This document shows, in pieces, positions 13,780-27,269 of a stretch of 64,000 nt of DNA. The stretch comes from Malacoraja senta. Taxonomy: Eukaryota. The translations under genes and the position numbers were made by a program. How positions within the stretch are numbered: position 1 is the stretch's first letter; the number at the start of each line of letters is the position of its first letter. The stretch covers positions 1,242,001-1,306,000 of the forward strand of contig CM075997.1 in assembly GCA_038087875.1 (NCBI GenBank), written 5' to 3'. The notes beneath the pieces are model-generated. The model saw only the letters and a program-made list of their open reading frames with translations. It was not told the DNA's origin and did not search any database.

Positions 13780-14980
13780 GTCTCCAATAACTGAACGCTG
13801 GAAAATTGCAAGCAGCCATTGGGTGTCATTAGTGGCCGGGCTAGCTGGCTGTGTGCAGAATGGGTGGGTGCTGACAATACGATGCCAGACACAGCGTTGA
13901 AAGTAATCCCTTCTGCACCGAGGTCTCTCGAGTGTCGAGGAGAAGCGTTATATAAATAGCGAATCTTTCCACCCCCACTTTCCCTTTGTACAGCCTCGTC
14001 AAACTCACGCTGGTTTGCAGGCAGGGGAGGCAAAATAGCTTTCAGCTACTGAGCTGTGCAGTCATTGCACTCACTGTTTGGAGGGAGGGAGGGAGAGAGA
14101 AATCTCAATTAATGTAGGAAATGAAATGGGAGTTTTAAAATCTGGGTGGGAGAGCTAATTAATCTGCTTGGTGCCCCCCCTGATGCTTGGTGTGGACTCC
14201 AGCCACGTCTCTTGGTTAAGTTTTGAGTTGCAGTAGTCTGGCTCCAGCTTTAAAAGGGATTCAAAGCTGCACGAAACTCCACTCCTGCGGCTTGTGTGCC
14301 TGTCCGGGAGGTGTGGCGAAGCGTCACGAAACTTGTTTTGAATGGTTCGAAGACCGGACCAACGAGACTGGTGTAACATAATCCCTGTTACTGCGGGGAA
14401 AAACATTGACCTCTATCTGCGCGGCTGAGTGGAGAGTATGAGGAAATGATTGTCTCCCGACAAAGTGGGCACCGAAAGTCCTGCCCTACTTGAAAAAGGA
14501 AAAAGCTGGCCAGCTTCTTAAAGCCGGGAGTTTGAGAGGTGAGGGTCCAGATTTCAATTTGGAAAGTCGAGTTTTGTTTGAATGTTTTGGATGTTTTCGG
14601 GGAATGTATCTGTTTATGAGTCACTCATTGGAGAGGGTGCTGTTGGAACCAGAATATCATGGGCCCTGTGATGACTGGTGTGTTCAGAGTGTGTCGCCAC
14701 CTTCATTGCACAGTTGTGTTTTTTTTAATTAAATTGTAGCAGAGGGAGTTTGCTCAGTCGGTTGTGTGTACGTGCGGACAGTCAGTGGGTGAAATACGAG
14801 CTGGTCAGACCGTTTAAACTCGGCAGTCGAGGGATTATAAGCGAATTTGCAGAGGGATGTGCCCCCTTGTACATATAATCCTCTCGTACAGGCAAACGCT
14901 TCTCTCTCTCTTTTCCTTCCTCCCTCCTTCCCTCTCTCCTCCCCCACCTGGACACACACTCCCTTCCCTGCACCCATTGC
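13780..14980 (+). promoter_or_regulatory. Transposon-free unique block; candidate promoter or 5' non-coding exon region
   Basis: Over 1 kb without recognisable repeats, TATAAATA at 13951-13958, GA-rich tract near 14080-14100, several CpGs. Link to PAK4 unproven. Confidence 0.3.
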
Positions 14981-16368
14981 CTCACCCCGGGCTAATCAAT
15001 CACGAGAGGAATAGATTAGGTCGATGCACAGAGTCTCTTGCCCAGAGTAGGTGAATCGAGGACCAGCGGGCATAGGTTTGAAGGGGAAAAGATTTAATAG
15101 GGATTTGAGGGGTAACTTTTTCACGCAAAGGGCGGTGGGTGTATGGAACAAGCTGCCGGAGGAGGTAGTTGAGGCTGGGACTATCCCAACGTTTAAGAAA
15201 CAGTTAGATAGGTACATGGATAGGGCAGGTTTGGAGGGATATGGACCAAACGCAGGCAGGTGGGACAAGTGTAGCTGGGACATGTTGGCCGGTGTGGGCA
15301 AGTTGAGCTGAAGGGCCTGTTTCCACGCTGTATCACTTTGAGCTATTTTGCCCCCAAATTCTCTGTTTACATTTTCTACTGGAATAATTCCTTTAATTCC
15401 CACTGCTAGTTTCTTCCTGAGGGGCAGTGATTTATGCTGGCTTACTGTTCCCCACTCTGGTTACCTCAACATCATGTAGCTGTATGTGTGTGGATAGTAT
15501 GTTCCCCCAGGCTAATGGACGGGGAGGGTAACAATGCCAAGTATATTCCAGTTACAACCTGGATCCAGACATGCACTTCATTTGGTTTCGACAGAGGAAA
15601 TATGAAGTCAGTTTATTGAGCAATCAATTTTCCAATATCTTGCTAACAAAATTGCTGCCACTGAAGAAATGTCAGGCTGTTGTCTCGCCCGTGTGTGTGT
15701 GTGTGTTGCCTTGTCTTGCCGTACTCAGTGAAAAGATAGAACGGTTAAATACCTCCATTTTCATCTTCTAGTCGTCATTGTTAATTATATTCACTTTTTT
15801 TTAAAGTGTTTGTCACAGATTGGAGATGGAAGCAAAATGCTGGAGTAACTCAGCGGGACAGGCAGCATCTCTGGAGAGAAGCAATGGGTGATGTTTCGGG
15901 CCAAGTCCCTTCTTCAGACTGAGTTACTCCAGCATTTTGTCTCTGTGCATCAATCAGATCCTCTTGACTCGGGCGAGTGATTTATCCACAGAGCCTCAGC
16001 TGACTCTGACTCATTCCCAGGATTTCTAAATGTTTGAGTTCCAGCCTGTCTCTAACCTTCCGATCCTCCTACAATCTGTACTGTTCGAAAACCCACTTTG
16101 TTCCCTACGACTTCCTGATTCACTCCAAAGCAGTCGCTTGTGGCGAAGAACTGCTTGGTGCATGAGAGGCCGAAACATGGCCTATTTCCTTCACTCCATA
16201 GATGCTGCTGCACCCGCTGAGTTTCTCCAGCATTTTTGTCTACCTTTGATTTTCCAGCATCTGCAGTTCCTTCTTAAACAAGTAGAACTTGATTCTTTCC
16301 TTCAGAATTAATCGGAAGCTGCAAAAATAAGCATCCTGTATTATTGGATAATATTGATCCTTCAAGAC

Positions 16369-16660
16369 GGGCGGCATGGTGGCGTAATGGTAGAGCTGCT
16401 GCCTTACAGCGGCAGAGACCCGGGTTCAATCCTGGCTAAGGGGGCTTGTCTCTGCGTTCTCCCGGTGATCTGTGTGGGTTTTCTCCGATATTTTCAGTTA
16501 CCGAATGATGTGCAGGTTTGTAGGTTAATTGGCTTGGTATGAATGTAAAATTCTCCCTAGTGTGTGTAGGATAGTGTTAATGTGCAGGGATCGCTGGTCT
16601 ATGTGTACTTGATGGGCCGAAGGACCGGTTTCCGTGCTGTATCTCTAAACATAAAAACTA
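16369..16660 (+). mobile_element. V-SINE (HE1-like)
   Basis: gggcggcatggtggcg...gggttcaatcc...gctgtatctctaaac. Confidence 0.85.
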
Positions 16661-16724
16661 AATTTCTCCCTCTGCCTATATACCATTCAATAGCTACACA
16701 ATTCCTAACTTTTCAAATTTCACG

Positions 16725-17325
16725 AAATGCTGGAGTAACTCAGCGGGAGATGAGTGGGTGACGTTTCGGGTCAAGACCTTTCTTCAGATTGATGTCAGGG
16801 GAGTGGGCGGTACATAGATAAGGAAGTGTATAGATAAATGTAAGATGTGAAAACAGGACCAAGGGAATGAAGATCAAGGAGAATGTAGAATAGATCATTG
16901 TTAGTTGGGAGAAGGTAACAGCAGAGCAACAGAGACAAAATGTAGTCGGGGACAGTAAGACTGGTTGGAGAACTGGGAAAGGGGAGGGGGAATGGAGTGC
17001 GAGAGAAAGCAAGGGCGACTTGAAGTTAGAGAAGTCAATGTTCATATATCGCTGGGGTGTAAGCTGCTCAAGCGATATATCAGGTGCTGTTACTCCAATT
17101 TGCACTGGGCCCCACTCTGACAATGGAGAGAGGTCAGTGTTGGGATGGGGGGTGGGTGAAGCGTTGAGCAACCGGGAGATCAGGTAGGACTGAGCGGAGG
17201 TGTTCACCGAAACGATCGCCGAGCCTGTGCTTGGTCTCACCGATATACAGGAGTCCACATCTGGAACAGTGGATACAGTAGATAAGGTTGGAGGAGGTGC
17301 AAGTGAACCTCTGCCTCACCTGAAA
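16725..17325 (-). mobile_element. Penelope-like element: GIY-YIG endonuclease end, 3' region and terminal repeat with hammerhead motif
   Basis: RQRFTCTSSNLIYCIHCSRCGLLYIGETKHRLGDRFGEHLRSV is a PLE GIY-YIG motif. CTGAAGA-aaggtcttgaccc-GAAACGTC lies on the same strand at ~16760-16787. Confidence 0.88.
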
Positions 17326-18823
17326 AGATTGTTTTCAAAATTCACGTTCTGCTTATTTGTGTTACTATTTTTTCTATTTTTATTCTTCCTCTTTTGAAGA
17401 CAATGTTTTATTGGGGAATATATTTATTTATTTATCTATCCCTGATTGAAACGTCACCCATCCTTTTTCTCCAGAGAGGCTGCCTGACCCGCTGAGTTAC
17501 TCCAACACTTTGTGTCTATAATTTGGTTCTGCTACATTGAGGAAATAGTGAACTCTCTCCAGTTTACATCTGATTCCAAGGTTTGCTGAAGTGTTTTTTA
17601 CAAGACTTCATATCATATTGTGCTGCACTTTTAAAGCTTGGACAGGCGATGATGAATGTGTTGGCACAAGTCTGTGATGCGAGGATTCCCCCGGTTCCAG
17701 TCAGCTCTAGTGTTTGAGAGTGACACGGTTTCTCTCTGTGTACAGTAGAAAACATAACTATGTTGCAGGGGAGTCCCAGAAGAGGGACTGAGTGTATGAT
17801 CATGTTCCTCCAGGGTGCCCCTGTTGCTCCAGCGACCCTGGACCCGCTGACACCGGGAATGCACGTGATAGCTGATTAAGTCGATGCAACGTTAAATGCA
17901 AACTTTCATCAGAATATGAGGTATTTAGGCATAGTATCAGAACTTCTCTAACTTCAAGTAAACCTTGCTTTCACTCTCCATCCCTTCCCCCTTCCCAATT
18001 CTCCGACCTGTCTCCAACTACATTTTATTTCTGTTTGCTTTGTTCTTACCTTCTCCCAACTAACAATTATCTATTCTACTTTTTCCTTGATCTGCATTCC
18101 CCCTGTCCTGTTTTCACAGCTTACACTTCCTTATCTATGTACCTCCCTCTCTCCTGATATCAGTCTGAAGGGGATGAGTCACCCATTCCTTCCCTCCGGA
18201 GATGCTGCCCGTCCTGCTGAGTTACTGCAGCTTTTTGAGCCTTTCTGCAGTTCCTTCCTACATATCTGCACCTGGGTGGAGGTGGGGAGCAGATTAACAA
18301 TCTGAGCCACTGAAAAATCGATCTGTGCGCTGAGGGTTTCTCGTAATTGCAAGCGGTCTTACCACTTTCCTTCAAGCGTTATTGGATGCATTCCATCAGA
18401 CCCTGGTCACATAAATATTGCATTTTAATGAATATTTCATGACTGACCTATATCTCCACTGAACTTTATGCAATCTCATTACTGGCTTCACCCCAATGCC
18501 ATATTTTCAATAGAGGAAACAGCTGACAAACTCATTTCATTTTTCCTGCAGCAATCTTGTTGCCATTTTCTTGCACGACGGACCCAAACAATGTTCTTCT
18601 CTGTGGTCCTCTGTTTAATTTGTTTTTACAGTCCTCGTTTTATCCGGTGTAATCTTCTTTTAGCAATTAGCAATCTGCCATTTATTCGCTTCCTTAATCT
18701 TTTAACTTAGTTTATCCCATCCACAACCTGCTTTGGGTTTATAAGGATGCAGCATGGATACAGGCCCTTCGGTCCATCAAGGCAATGCTGACCATCGTTC
18801 ACAGGCACAAAAAAATGGATTAA

Positions 18824-19023
18824 AGGGCCTGTCCCACTTTCACGACCTAATTCACGATCTCTGTCGAGTTTGCCCTTGACTCATACTCGCAGCATGGTCG
18901 TCACGAGGTCGTAGGTAGGTTGTGATGCTAGTCGTCGATACTCGTGGCATCTGTCGGGCGTTTTTTCAACATGATGAAAAATGTCCACGAGTAAATAAAG
19001 GTCGTGAATATGGGACAGGCCCT
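18824..19023. mobile_element. MITE, PIF/Harbinger-like
   Basis: TIR AGGGCCTGTCCCA...TGGGACAGGCCCT flanked by TAA on both sides. Confidence 0.8.
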
Positions 19024-19536
19024 TAACTCAGCGGGTCAGACAGCATCTTTGGAGAAAAGGAATAGGTGACATTTTGGGTCGAGACCCTTCCGACTGAGAG
19101 ACGGGGGAGAGGGAAACGTGAAATATATAGACGGTGATAAGGAGAGATATAGAACAAATGAATGAAAGATGTGCAAAACGTAACAATGATAAAGGAAACA
19201 GGCCATTGTTAGCTGTGAGCTAGGTGAAAATGAGTTACAGACAATGAAACTCACCAGGCCCATCGTTTGCAACAGTTCTATGTTATCAGATTTCTACCCA
19301 TGAATTGGCAGGGCTGCCCTCCGGCAACATAATCTCAACGTTGACTGTAAAAAGGTCCAGTGTGAAAACACAATGCGCAGGCAGGAAGCTGGTCCATTTG
19401 GTCACTTTGCCGAGCAGCGTTGAATCAGAACACTGATTCCACCGGTCGCAAAGAATGAATAAAGGGAAGGCTCCCGGGATGCAGCGCGGAGCCGGGCGAA
19501 CGGCGGGCCGAGAGCAGCCTGGCGGGGGGGCCGCTG

Positions 19537-19750
19537 AGAACAGAGGGACCCGATGTGTGGGGGGCAAGAACAGGGGGACCCGATGTGGGGGGGGGGAAAG
19601 AACAGGGGGACCCGATGTGGGGGGGGGCTCTTGAGAAGAAAAAGGGACCGAGTGTTAGGGGGGGGGGGGTGGAGGGACATGATGTGGGAAGACCACCAAG
19701 AAGAAAGAGGGACCAGATGTGTGTGTGTGTGGGGGGGGGGGGGGGGGTGC
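19537..19750 (+). repeat. G-run tandem repeat (gaacagggggacccgatgtgggg..., three good and two degenerate units)
   Basis: ~31-bp units with long G tracts, directly downstream of a CpG-rich patch at ~19470-19535. Confidence 0.75.
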
Positions 19751-20865
19751 TGCTGAGATCATAGGGACCCTGTGTGGGAAGGGGGGGTGACCTGGCGTGG
19801 GGGCCCCGCCTGTGGCCTGCGAGAAGATAAGACTGTACCAAGACCTTTTGAGACTCTGTTTGTGTCGAATCTTTGTGCAACTGCCCAGGTGAAGTCTTGC
19901 GGTGTGATTTCACCGGATTGTGTGCAAAAACAAAGAACATGTGACAATAAAGTATCACTGAATTGGAAGGGATCCATTCTCACTGCTTTCAACTAGTCGT
20001 TTATTCTGACTCAAAGTCTGACCTCTGGTGCACCTGGGTACGGTGGTTTATTGTGCACTAAAGGTGCCAGAGCACACATTGTCCCTTGCTTTTAGTATCT
20101 GAAGTAGATCGTCATCTTATGTGAACCATGTAAGGGGCCTGACTGTCTAATGAATAGATTTTATGCTTTAAAAACTTTAGTAACCGATTTGAAAATGTGA
20201 AAATCCATTTTTTTTCTTTTTAGAAGTGCTGGCAGAAAACTCCACGTACTATCGCAATAATAACACTTTCCAAAATATCGAGCATCTTCACCCAGCCCCC
20301 CCGCACCAGGCAGTGGGAATCCTCCATTCACCGACCTTAATTCGCGCTTCCACTTTTAATATTCTTCAAAATGCAGATCGGTCCGCATCTTATGCAGATC
20401 TTATAGAAACATATGAAATTCTTAAGGGATTGGACAGGCTAGATGCAGGGAAAATGTTCCTGATGTTGGGGGGAGTCCAGAACCAGGGGTCACAGTTTAA
20501 GAATAAGGCCATTTAGGACTGAGATGAGGAAAACTAATTTCACCCAGAGAGTTGTGAATCTGTGGAATTCTCTGCCGCAGAAGGCAGTGGAGGCAGATTC
20601 ACTGGATGTTTTCAAGAGAGAGTTGGATATAGCACTTGGGGCTAAAGGAATCCAGGGATATGGAGAGAAAGCAGGAATGGGGTACTGATTTAGGATGATC
20701 GGCCATGATCATATTGATTGGCGGTGCTGGCTCGAAGGGCCAAAAGGCCGACTCCTGCACCTATCTTTTATGCTTCTATCTGAAAAGAAAGGACTTTGGC
20801 CACCTTTTGCATAGAGTAAAGGCTTCTTAATATGTTCAATCCGATGAAGAATACTGACCGGAAAT

Positions 20866-22830
20866 GTCAAGTCAAGAGAGTTTATTGTCATGTGTCCCTG
20901 ATAGGACAATGAAATTCTTGCTTTGCTGCACAACAGAATATTGTACGCATAAATTCAGATCAGATCAGTGTGTCCATATACCATAGAATATATATATATA
21001 TATATACACATCAATAAACAGATAAAGTGTAATAGGCTGTTATAGTTCGGAGTTTGTTTGAAGTTGTGTTTAATAGTCTGATGGCTGTGGGGAAGAAGCT
21101 GTTCCTGAATCTGGATGTTGCAGATTTCAGGCTCCTGTACCTTCTACCTGATGGCAGCAGAGAGATGAGTGTGTGGCCAGGATGGTGTGGGTCCTTGATG
21201 ATGCTGGCAGCATTTTTGAGACGGCGACTGCGATAGATTCCCTCGATGGTGGGGAGCTCAGAACAGATGATGGACTGGGCAGTGGATACGACTTTCTGCA
21301 GCCTTTTCCGCTCCAGGATGCTCAGGTTGCCGTACCAAACCATGATGCAACCGGTCAGCATGCTCTCTACTGTGCACCTGTAGAAGTTCGAGAGAGTCCT
21401 CCTTGACAAACCGACTCTCCGTAATCTTCTCAGGAAGTAGAGACGCTGATGTGCTTTCTTTATGATTGCATCAGTGTTCTGGGACCAGGAGAGATCTTCG
21501 GAAATATGCACGCCCAGGAATTTGAAGTTCTTGACCCTTTCCACCATCGACAGGTTGATATAAACGGGACTGTGGGACCCCATCCGACCCCTTCCAAAGT
21601 CCACAATCAGTTCCTTGGTTTTGCTGGTGTTGAGGGCCAGGTTATTGTGCTGGCACCATTTGGTCAGTCGGTCGATCTCACTTCTATACTCTGACTCGTC
21701 CCCATCAGTGATACGTCCCACAACAGTGGTGTCGTCAGCGAACTTGATAATGGAGTTCGCACTATGTCCGGCTACGCAGTCATGAGTATAGAGTGAGTAC
21801 AGCAGGGGGCTGAGCACGCAGCCTTGAGGTGCTCCCGTGCTGATTGTTATCAAGGATGACACATTTCCACCAATACGGACAGACTGTGGTCTGTGAATGA
21901 GGAAGTCGAGGATCCAATTGCAGAGGGATGCGCAGAGACCCAGATCTGAGAGCTTAATAACCAGCTTGGAGGGGATGATGGTATTAAATGCCAAGCTGTA
22001 GTCAATGAATAACAGCCTGACATATGAGTTTCTGTGGTCCAGAGCGGAGTGGAGAGCCAGCGAGATCGCATCCACCGTTGATCTGTTGTGGCAGTAAGCG
22101 AACTGCAGTGGGTCCAGATTTTTGTCGAGGTTGGAGTTGATTTGCGCCATGATCAACCTCTCAAAGCACTTCATCACCACAGACGTTAGTGTCACAGGTC
22201 GATAGTCATTGAGGCACGTCACCTTGCTCTTCTTGGGCACCGGTATAATTGATGCCCTTTTAAAGCAGGTGGGAACCTCAGACCTCAGAAGTGAGAGGTT
22301 GAAAATGTCCATGAAAACTCCAGCCAGTTGGTCCGCACAGGTTTTCAAAACATGCCTGGGTATACCAACAGGTCCAGGCACTTTCCGAGGGTTCACCCCT
22401 CTGAAGGATCTTCTGGCGTTGGCCTCTGTGACTGTGACCGTAATGCCATCACGGCGAATGGGGGCTCGGGAAGGCACATCAGTGTTCTCCCTATCGAACC
22501 GTGCGTAAAACGCAGTGAGCTCGTCAGGGAGTGATGTTTCGCTGACATTTGAGCTGCCTCCTGATTTCGCCTTGTAGGAGGTGATAGCATTCAAACCCCA
22601 CCACAGTTGCCGAACATCCGTTTCATCCTCCAGCTTGGAGCAGAAGTCCCGTTTGGCCTTTTTGATGGCCTTACCAAGGTCGTATCTGGACTTCTTGTAG
22701 ACGTCAGTATCACCAGACCTGAATGCCCGGGATCTGGTCTGCAGAAGAATGCGGATCTCATGGTTCATCCAAGGCTTCTGATTAGGAAACACTCTGAAAG
22801 TTTTTGTTGGGATGCAGTCCTCCACACATT
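20866..22830 (-). mobile_element. Rex1/Babar-type LINE, 5'-truncated, RT ORF 21011-22837
   Basis: 608-aa ORF with LPDEL..FYARF, KTCADQLAGVF, DYRPVTLTS, QFAY, GAPQGCVLSP, FADDTT and C-terminal SFFPTAIRLLN; 3' UTR ends AATAAA...(CTTGA)n. Confidence 0.93.
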
Positions 22831-24363
22831 CGCCCATCCTTTCTCTCCAAAGATGCTGCCTGACCAGCCTGTTACTCCAGCATTTCTGTGTCTTTCTTCT
22901 TAATATTTTGCCTGTTTAAACAAAACTCACAATTTGGCACACATAATGGAATTGCGATCAAACTCCACGGTGTGCATTGGAAATTCAGGGGTTACGGGGA
23001 GAAGACAGGAGAATGGGGTTGAAAGGGAAAGATAGATCAGCCTTGATTGGATGGCGGAGTAGACGATGGGCCGAATGGCCTAATTCTGCTCCTAGAGCCT
23101 GTGAACTTATGAAATGACAGGCACTGTCGAGGTGGTGCCAGGAATTTTGATCAGATCATCGTGTTGAATGGGTTTCACGGTCCGCATGGCTTAGATTATA
23201 TATGGAACACGGCTCAGACACAAACCTTTCAACCTAACTGGTCTATTGGGGTTTCATGCTCGACATGAGCTGCTGCCCATCCTCCAGCATCAAGGCCTCA
23301 CAGTGGAATTCACTGTGTGTTCAAAGACTTCCAGACCCGTAGTCGAGATAAGACTCGAACCCTGGTCTCTGGGCCTGAGATCACTGGGCCTCTATCACAA
23401 ACTCTTCTAACCTTGGTGGCCTCCTTGATTTCTGGGGAATCACGCAAATAAATAATGAAATCAAAATGGACGAAGGAACAGTTGTCTAAGCAACCATTGT
23501 CATTGATATTATCATCGTTGTTGATCATGTGTTATCGTTGAAAGCACAGGTTTTGACATGGTACGATGTTCAAAAATATATATTTCTATTAAAAAATAGA
23601 ATCACCAGACTGATTCCTGGGATACCAGACTGATTCCTGGGATGTCAGGACTTTCATATGAAGAAAGACTGGATAGACTTGGCTTGTACTCGCTAGAATT
23701 TAGGAGATTGAGAGGGGATCTTATAGAAACGTACAAAATTCTTATGGGGTTGGACAGGCTAGATGCAGGAAGATTGTTCCCGATGTTGGGGAAGTCCAGG
23801 ACAAGGGGTCACAGCTTAAGGATAAGGGGGAAATCCTTTAAGATGAGGAAAAACTTTTTCACACAGAGTGGTGAATCTCTGGAGCTCTCTGCCACAGAGG
23901 GTAGTTGAGGCCAGTTCATTGGCTATATTTAAGAGGGAGTTAGATGTGGCCCTTGTGGCTAAAGGGATCAAGGGGTATGGAGAGAAGGCAGGTACGGGAT
24001 ACTGAGTTGGATGATCAGCCATGATCATATTGAATGGCGGTGCAGGCTCAAAGGGCCGAATGGCCTACTCCTGCACCTATTTTCCATGTATCTTTGTATC
24101 TAAAAGCTAGCCATCACTGGGCCTTGCGAGATGCTTCAATGTTGGGAGCGCGCATTCCTGTCACATCTACGGCATCCATTTGCAGGATCCCGACCCGAAA
24201 CATCACCTGTTCTCCAGGGATGGTGCCTGACCCGCTGAGTCACTCGAACATTTTTTTTGTAGACCAGCATCTGCAGATGCTTGTATCCGCATCTGATTAC
24301 TGTCCGGAGTCAAGATCCCCAAAGCCTTCCCCTGTCGGAACAAGAGGCAGGTCCACAGCATTA

Positions 24364-24685
24364 AGTGCCTATCCTTCTTAGGTGATTTTTTTTTGGCGAC
24401 TTGCCGGCACCCGTCATAGTCGCAGCAGGTGGTCGAAAATGTTCAAAATGTTGAAAATCCAGCGGGGACCAGAAAAAGGTATGACTCTTTGGGCGACTAC
24501 TCACGACCATACAGGCGTCACGTGTCGACATGTCGCGGGGTGAAGCCTGTATGGTCGTGAGTAGTCGCCCAAAGAGTAGTACCCTTTTCTGGTCGCCGCT
24601 GGTTTTTCAACATGTTGAAAATTTTCAGCCACCTGCTGCGACTATGACAAGTCGCCGAAAAAATCGTGTAAGTAGGACAGGCCCT
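24364..24685. mobile_element. Fold-back MITE of the same TIR class (partial copy at ~11060-11256)
   Basis: AGTGCCTATCC...GGACAGGCCCT termini, long internal inverted arms, TTA/TAA flanks. Confidence 0.75.
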
Positions 24686-25245
24686 TAAGTATTCCTGCTG
24701 AAACAAGGAGCTGCAGATGCTGGTTTATACCAAAAGATAGACGCAAAGTGCTGGAGTAACTCAGCGGGTCAGGCAGCCATAAGAAAAGATATTTTTCTCC
24801 AGAGATGCTGACTGACCCGCTGAGTTACTCCTGCAGCATCTGCAGTTCCTTGTATCCGCATCCATTTACAGTGAAGGGTCAAGGTCCTTCAGCCTTCTCT
24901 GTACATGAGGCAGTTTCACAGCTATTTCCCTTCTTTCCCCAGATTGGCCCTCCAAATTTACCACAACAAGGTATGAGTGTCGCTGCGTCTGATTAGTGTA
25001 GCTCAGTCACTTTCTGCTAATTCCTCATCTCTGTTGCCGTTGCACCTGTTGTTCTCTGTTCTTCTAACTACCAGAGGTCCATTTTATCCCATTACTTCTG
25101 CAACCAGTGGCATTATTTAGTTCGGAGAAACAGGCCCTTCGGCCCACCGAGTCCGCGCCGACTAGTTCCCTGAACACTTCCCTACACACACACAAGGGAC
25201 AATTTTACATTTATACCAAGCCAATTAATCTACATCTTTGGAGTG

Positions 25246-26041
25246 TCAAGATTCAAGATAGTTTATTGTCATGTGTCCCAGATAGGACAATGAAATTCTT
25301 GCTTTGCTTCAGCACAACAGAACATAGTAGGCATGACTACAAAACAGATCAGTGTGTCCATATACCATTATATAAATATATAAACACATGAATAAATAAA
25401 CTATTAAAGTGCAAATAACAGATAATGGGCTATTAATGTTCAGAGTTTTGTCCAACCCAAGTTTAATAGCCTGATGGCTGTGGGGAAGTAGCTATTCCTG
25501 AACCTGGTTGTTGCAGTCTTCAGGCTCCTGTACCTTCTACCTGAAGGTAGCAGGGAGATGAGTGTGTGGCCAGGATGGTGTGGGTCCTTGATGATGCTGC
25601 CAGCCTTTTTGAGGCAGCGACTGCGATAGATCCCCTCGATGGAAGGGAGGTCAGAGCCGATGATGGACTGGGCAGTGTTTCCTACTTTTTGTAGTATTTT
25701 CCTCTCCAGGGTGCTTAAGTTGCTGAACCAAGCCACGATGCAACCGGTCAGCATGCTCTCTACTGTGCACCTGTAGAAGTTAGAGGGAGTCCTCCTTGAC
25801 AAGCCAATTAATCTACTTCTTTGGAGAGTCAAGATTCAAGGTTCAAGAGAGTTTATTGTCATGTGTTCCAGATAGGACAATGAAATTCTTGCTTTGCTTC
25901 AGCACAACAGAACATAGTAGGCATGAATACAGAACAGATCAGTGTGTCCATATACCATTATAGAAATATATACACACATGAATAAATAAACAGATAAAGT
26001 GCAAATAAACAGATAATGGTCTATTAAGGTTCAGAGTTTTG
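25246..26041 (-). mobile_element. Two consecutive Rex1-type 3' fragments in a V-SINE
   Basis: ORF 25440-25832 encodes the Rex1 C-terminus; a second tail starts at ~25829. Confidence 0.85.
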
Positions 26042-26834
26042 TTTTGGAGTGTGGGAGGAAACCGAGGATCTCGGACAAAACCCTCGCAGGTCATGGGGAG
26101 AACGTATAAACTCCGTAAAGACAAGCGCTTGTAGTCAGGATCGAACCTGGGTCTCTGGTGCTGTAAGGCAGCAACTCTACCGCTATTCCACCGTGATGCC
26201 TTGGCAGTGCAGGGCCATTTTAATTGTGTTTTCCCTCCAGCTGCTTTGACTGGGTATTAAGTTTGTTACCGTGCTGTTTGGGTTAGATGTTTGTTTCCAT
26301 CCTGTCCTATATCCTGCTCTATACTGCATTGTCTGTGAAATCACTACATTCCCATTTTCCATTTTACAGCATCCTTTCACTTTAGTTCCACATGTTGTTT
26401 TCAATTCAATTCAATTCAATTCCTTTATTGTCATCTTGCAAGCAACAGTTGTGCAGTGCAAAACGAAAAGACGTTTCCCAGGGATTTATTTAGCACGGTG
26501 ACGATTACTATACTTGAGTTAATTACCTGGTCTAGAATTTGTTATTTTCAGTTGGAATTTCTAGTTCCCTTTCCACTCTGAGGTACTGTAATTTATTTAA
26601 TGCCTCCTAAATTATGGAAAATCATTGTATGATGAATGGCAATGGATATCTGTGCAAAGTGAATGCAGGCATTTTACGTGCCAGGGAGCGGAGGAATTGA
26701 AACTCTCCATGTCATGCAGGTGTGGAGTGTGGGGGGGAAACCCACGCGGTCATGGGGAATGTACAAACTCCGTACAGACAGCACCCGTAGTCAGGATCAA
26801 ACTTGCGTCTCTGGCGCTGTAAGGCAGCTACGTT

Positions 26835-27145
26835 TAGTTTAGTTTACAGATAGAGTGCGGAAACAGGCCCTTCGGCCCACCGGGTCCGCGCAGACCAGCC
26901 ATCCCCACACATTAACACCATCCTGCACACACACTAGGGACAATTTTTACATTTACCAAGCCAATTAACCTACCAACCTGCACGTCTTTGGAGTGTGGGA
27001 GGAAACCGAAGATCTCAGAGAAACCCCACGCAGGTCATGGGGAGAACGTACAAACTCCGTACAGACAGCACCCGTAGTCGGGATCAAACTTGCGTCTCTG
27101 GTGCTGTAGGGCAGATACTCTACCGCTGTGCCACTATGCTGCCCC
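26835..27145 (-). mobile_element. V-SINE (HE1-like)
   Basis: Reverse complement of the full SINE; tttagtttagttt tail at the left end. Confidence 0.85.
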
Positions 27146-27269
27146 AGGCTAACAAATAAACCTTTCCCATCCATGAATTTTCAAAGCCTCTGCAAATCAT
27201 TTATTGAAAGTGTTAGTATGTAATTCAAATGCACATATGTGTTCAATAAATATGATTTCCATAAATCTA

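Noticed and set aside
14828..14886. Inverted repeat cgagggattata/tataatcctctcg as a possible pre-miRNA
   Set aside because: Only ~12 bp of good pairing with a large irregular interior.
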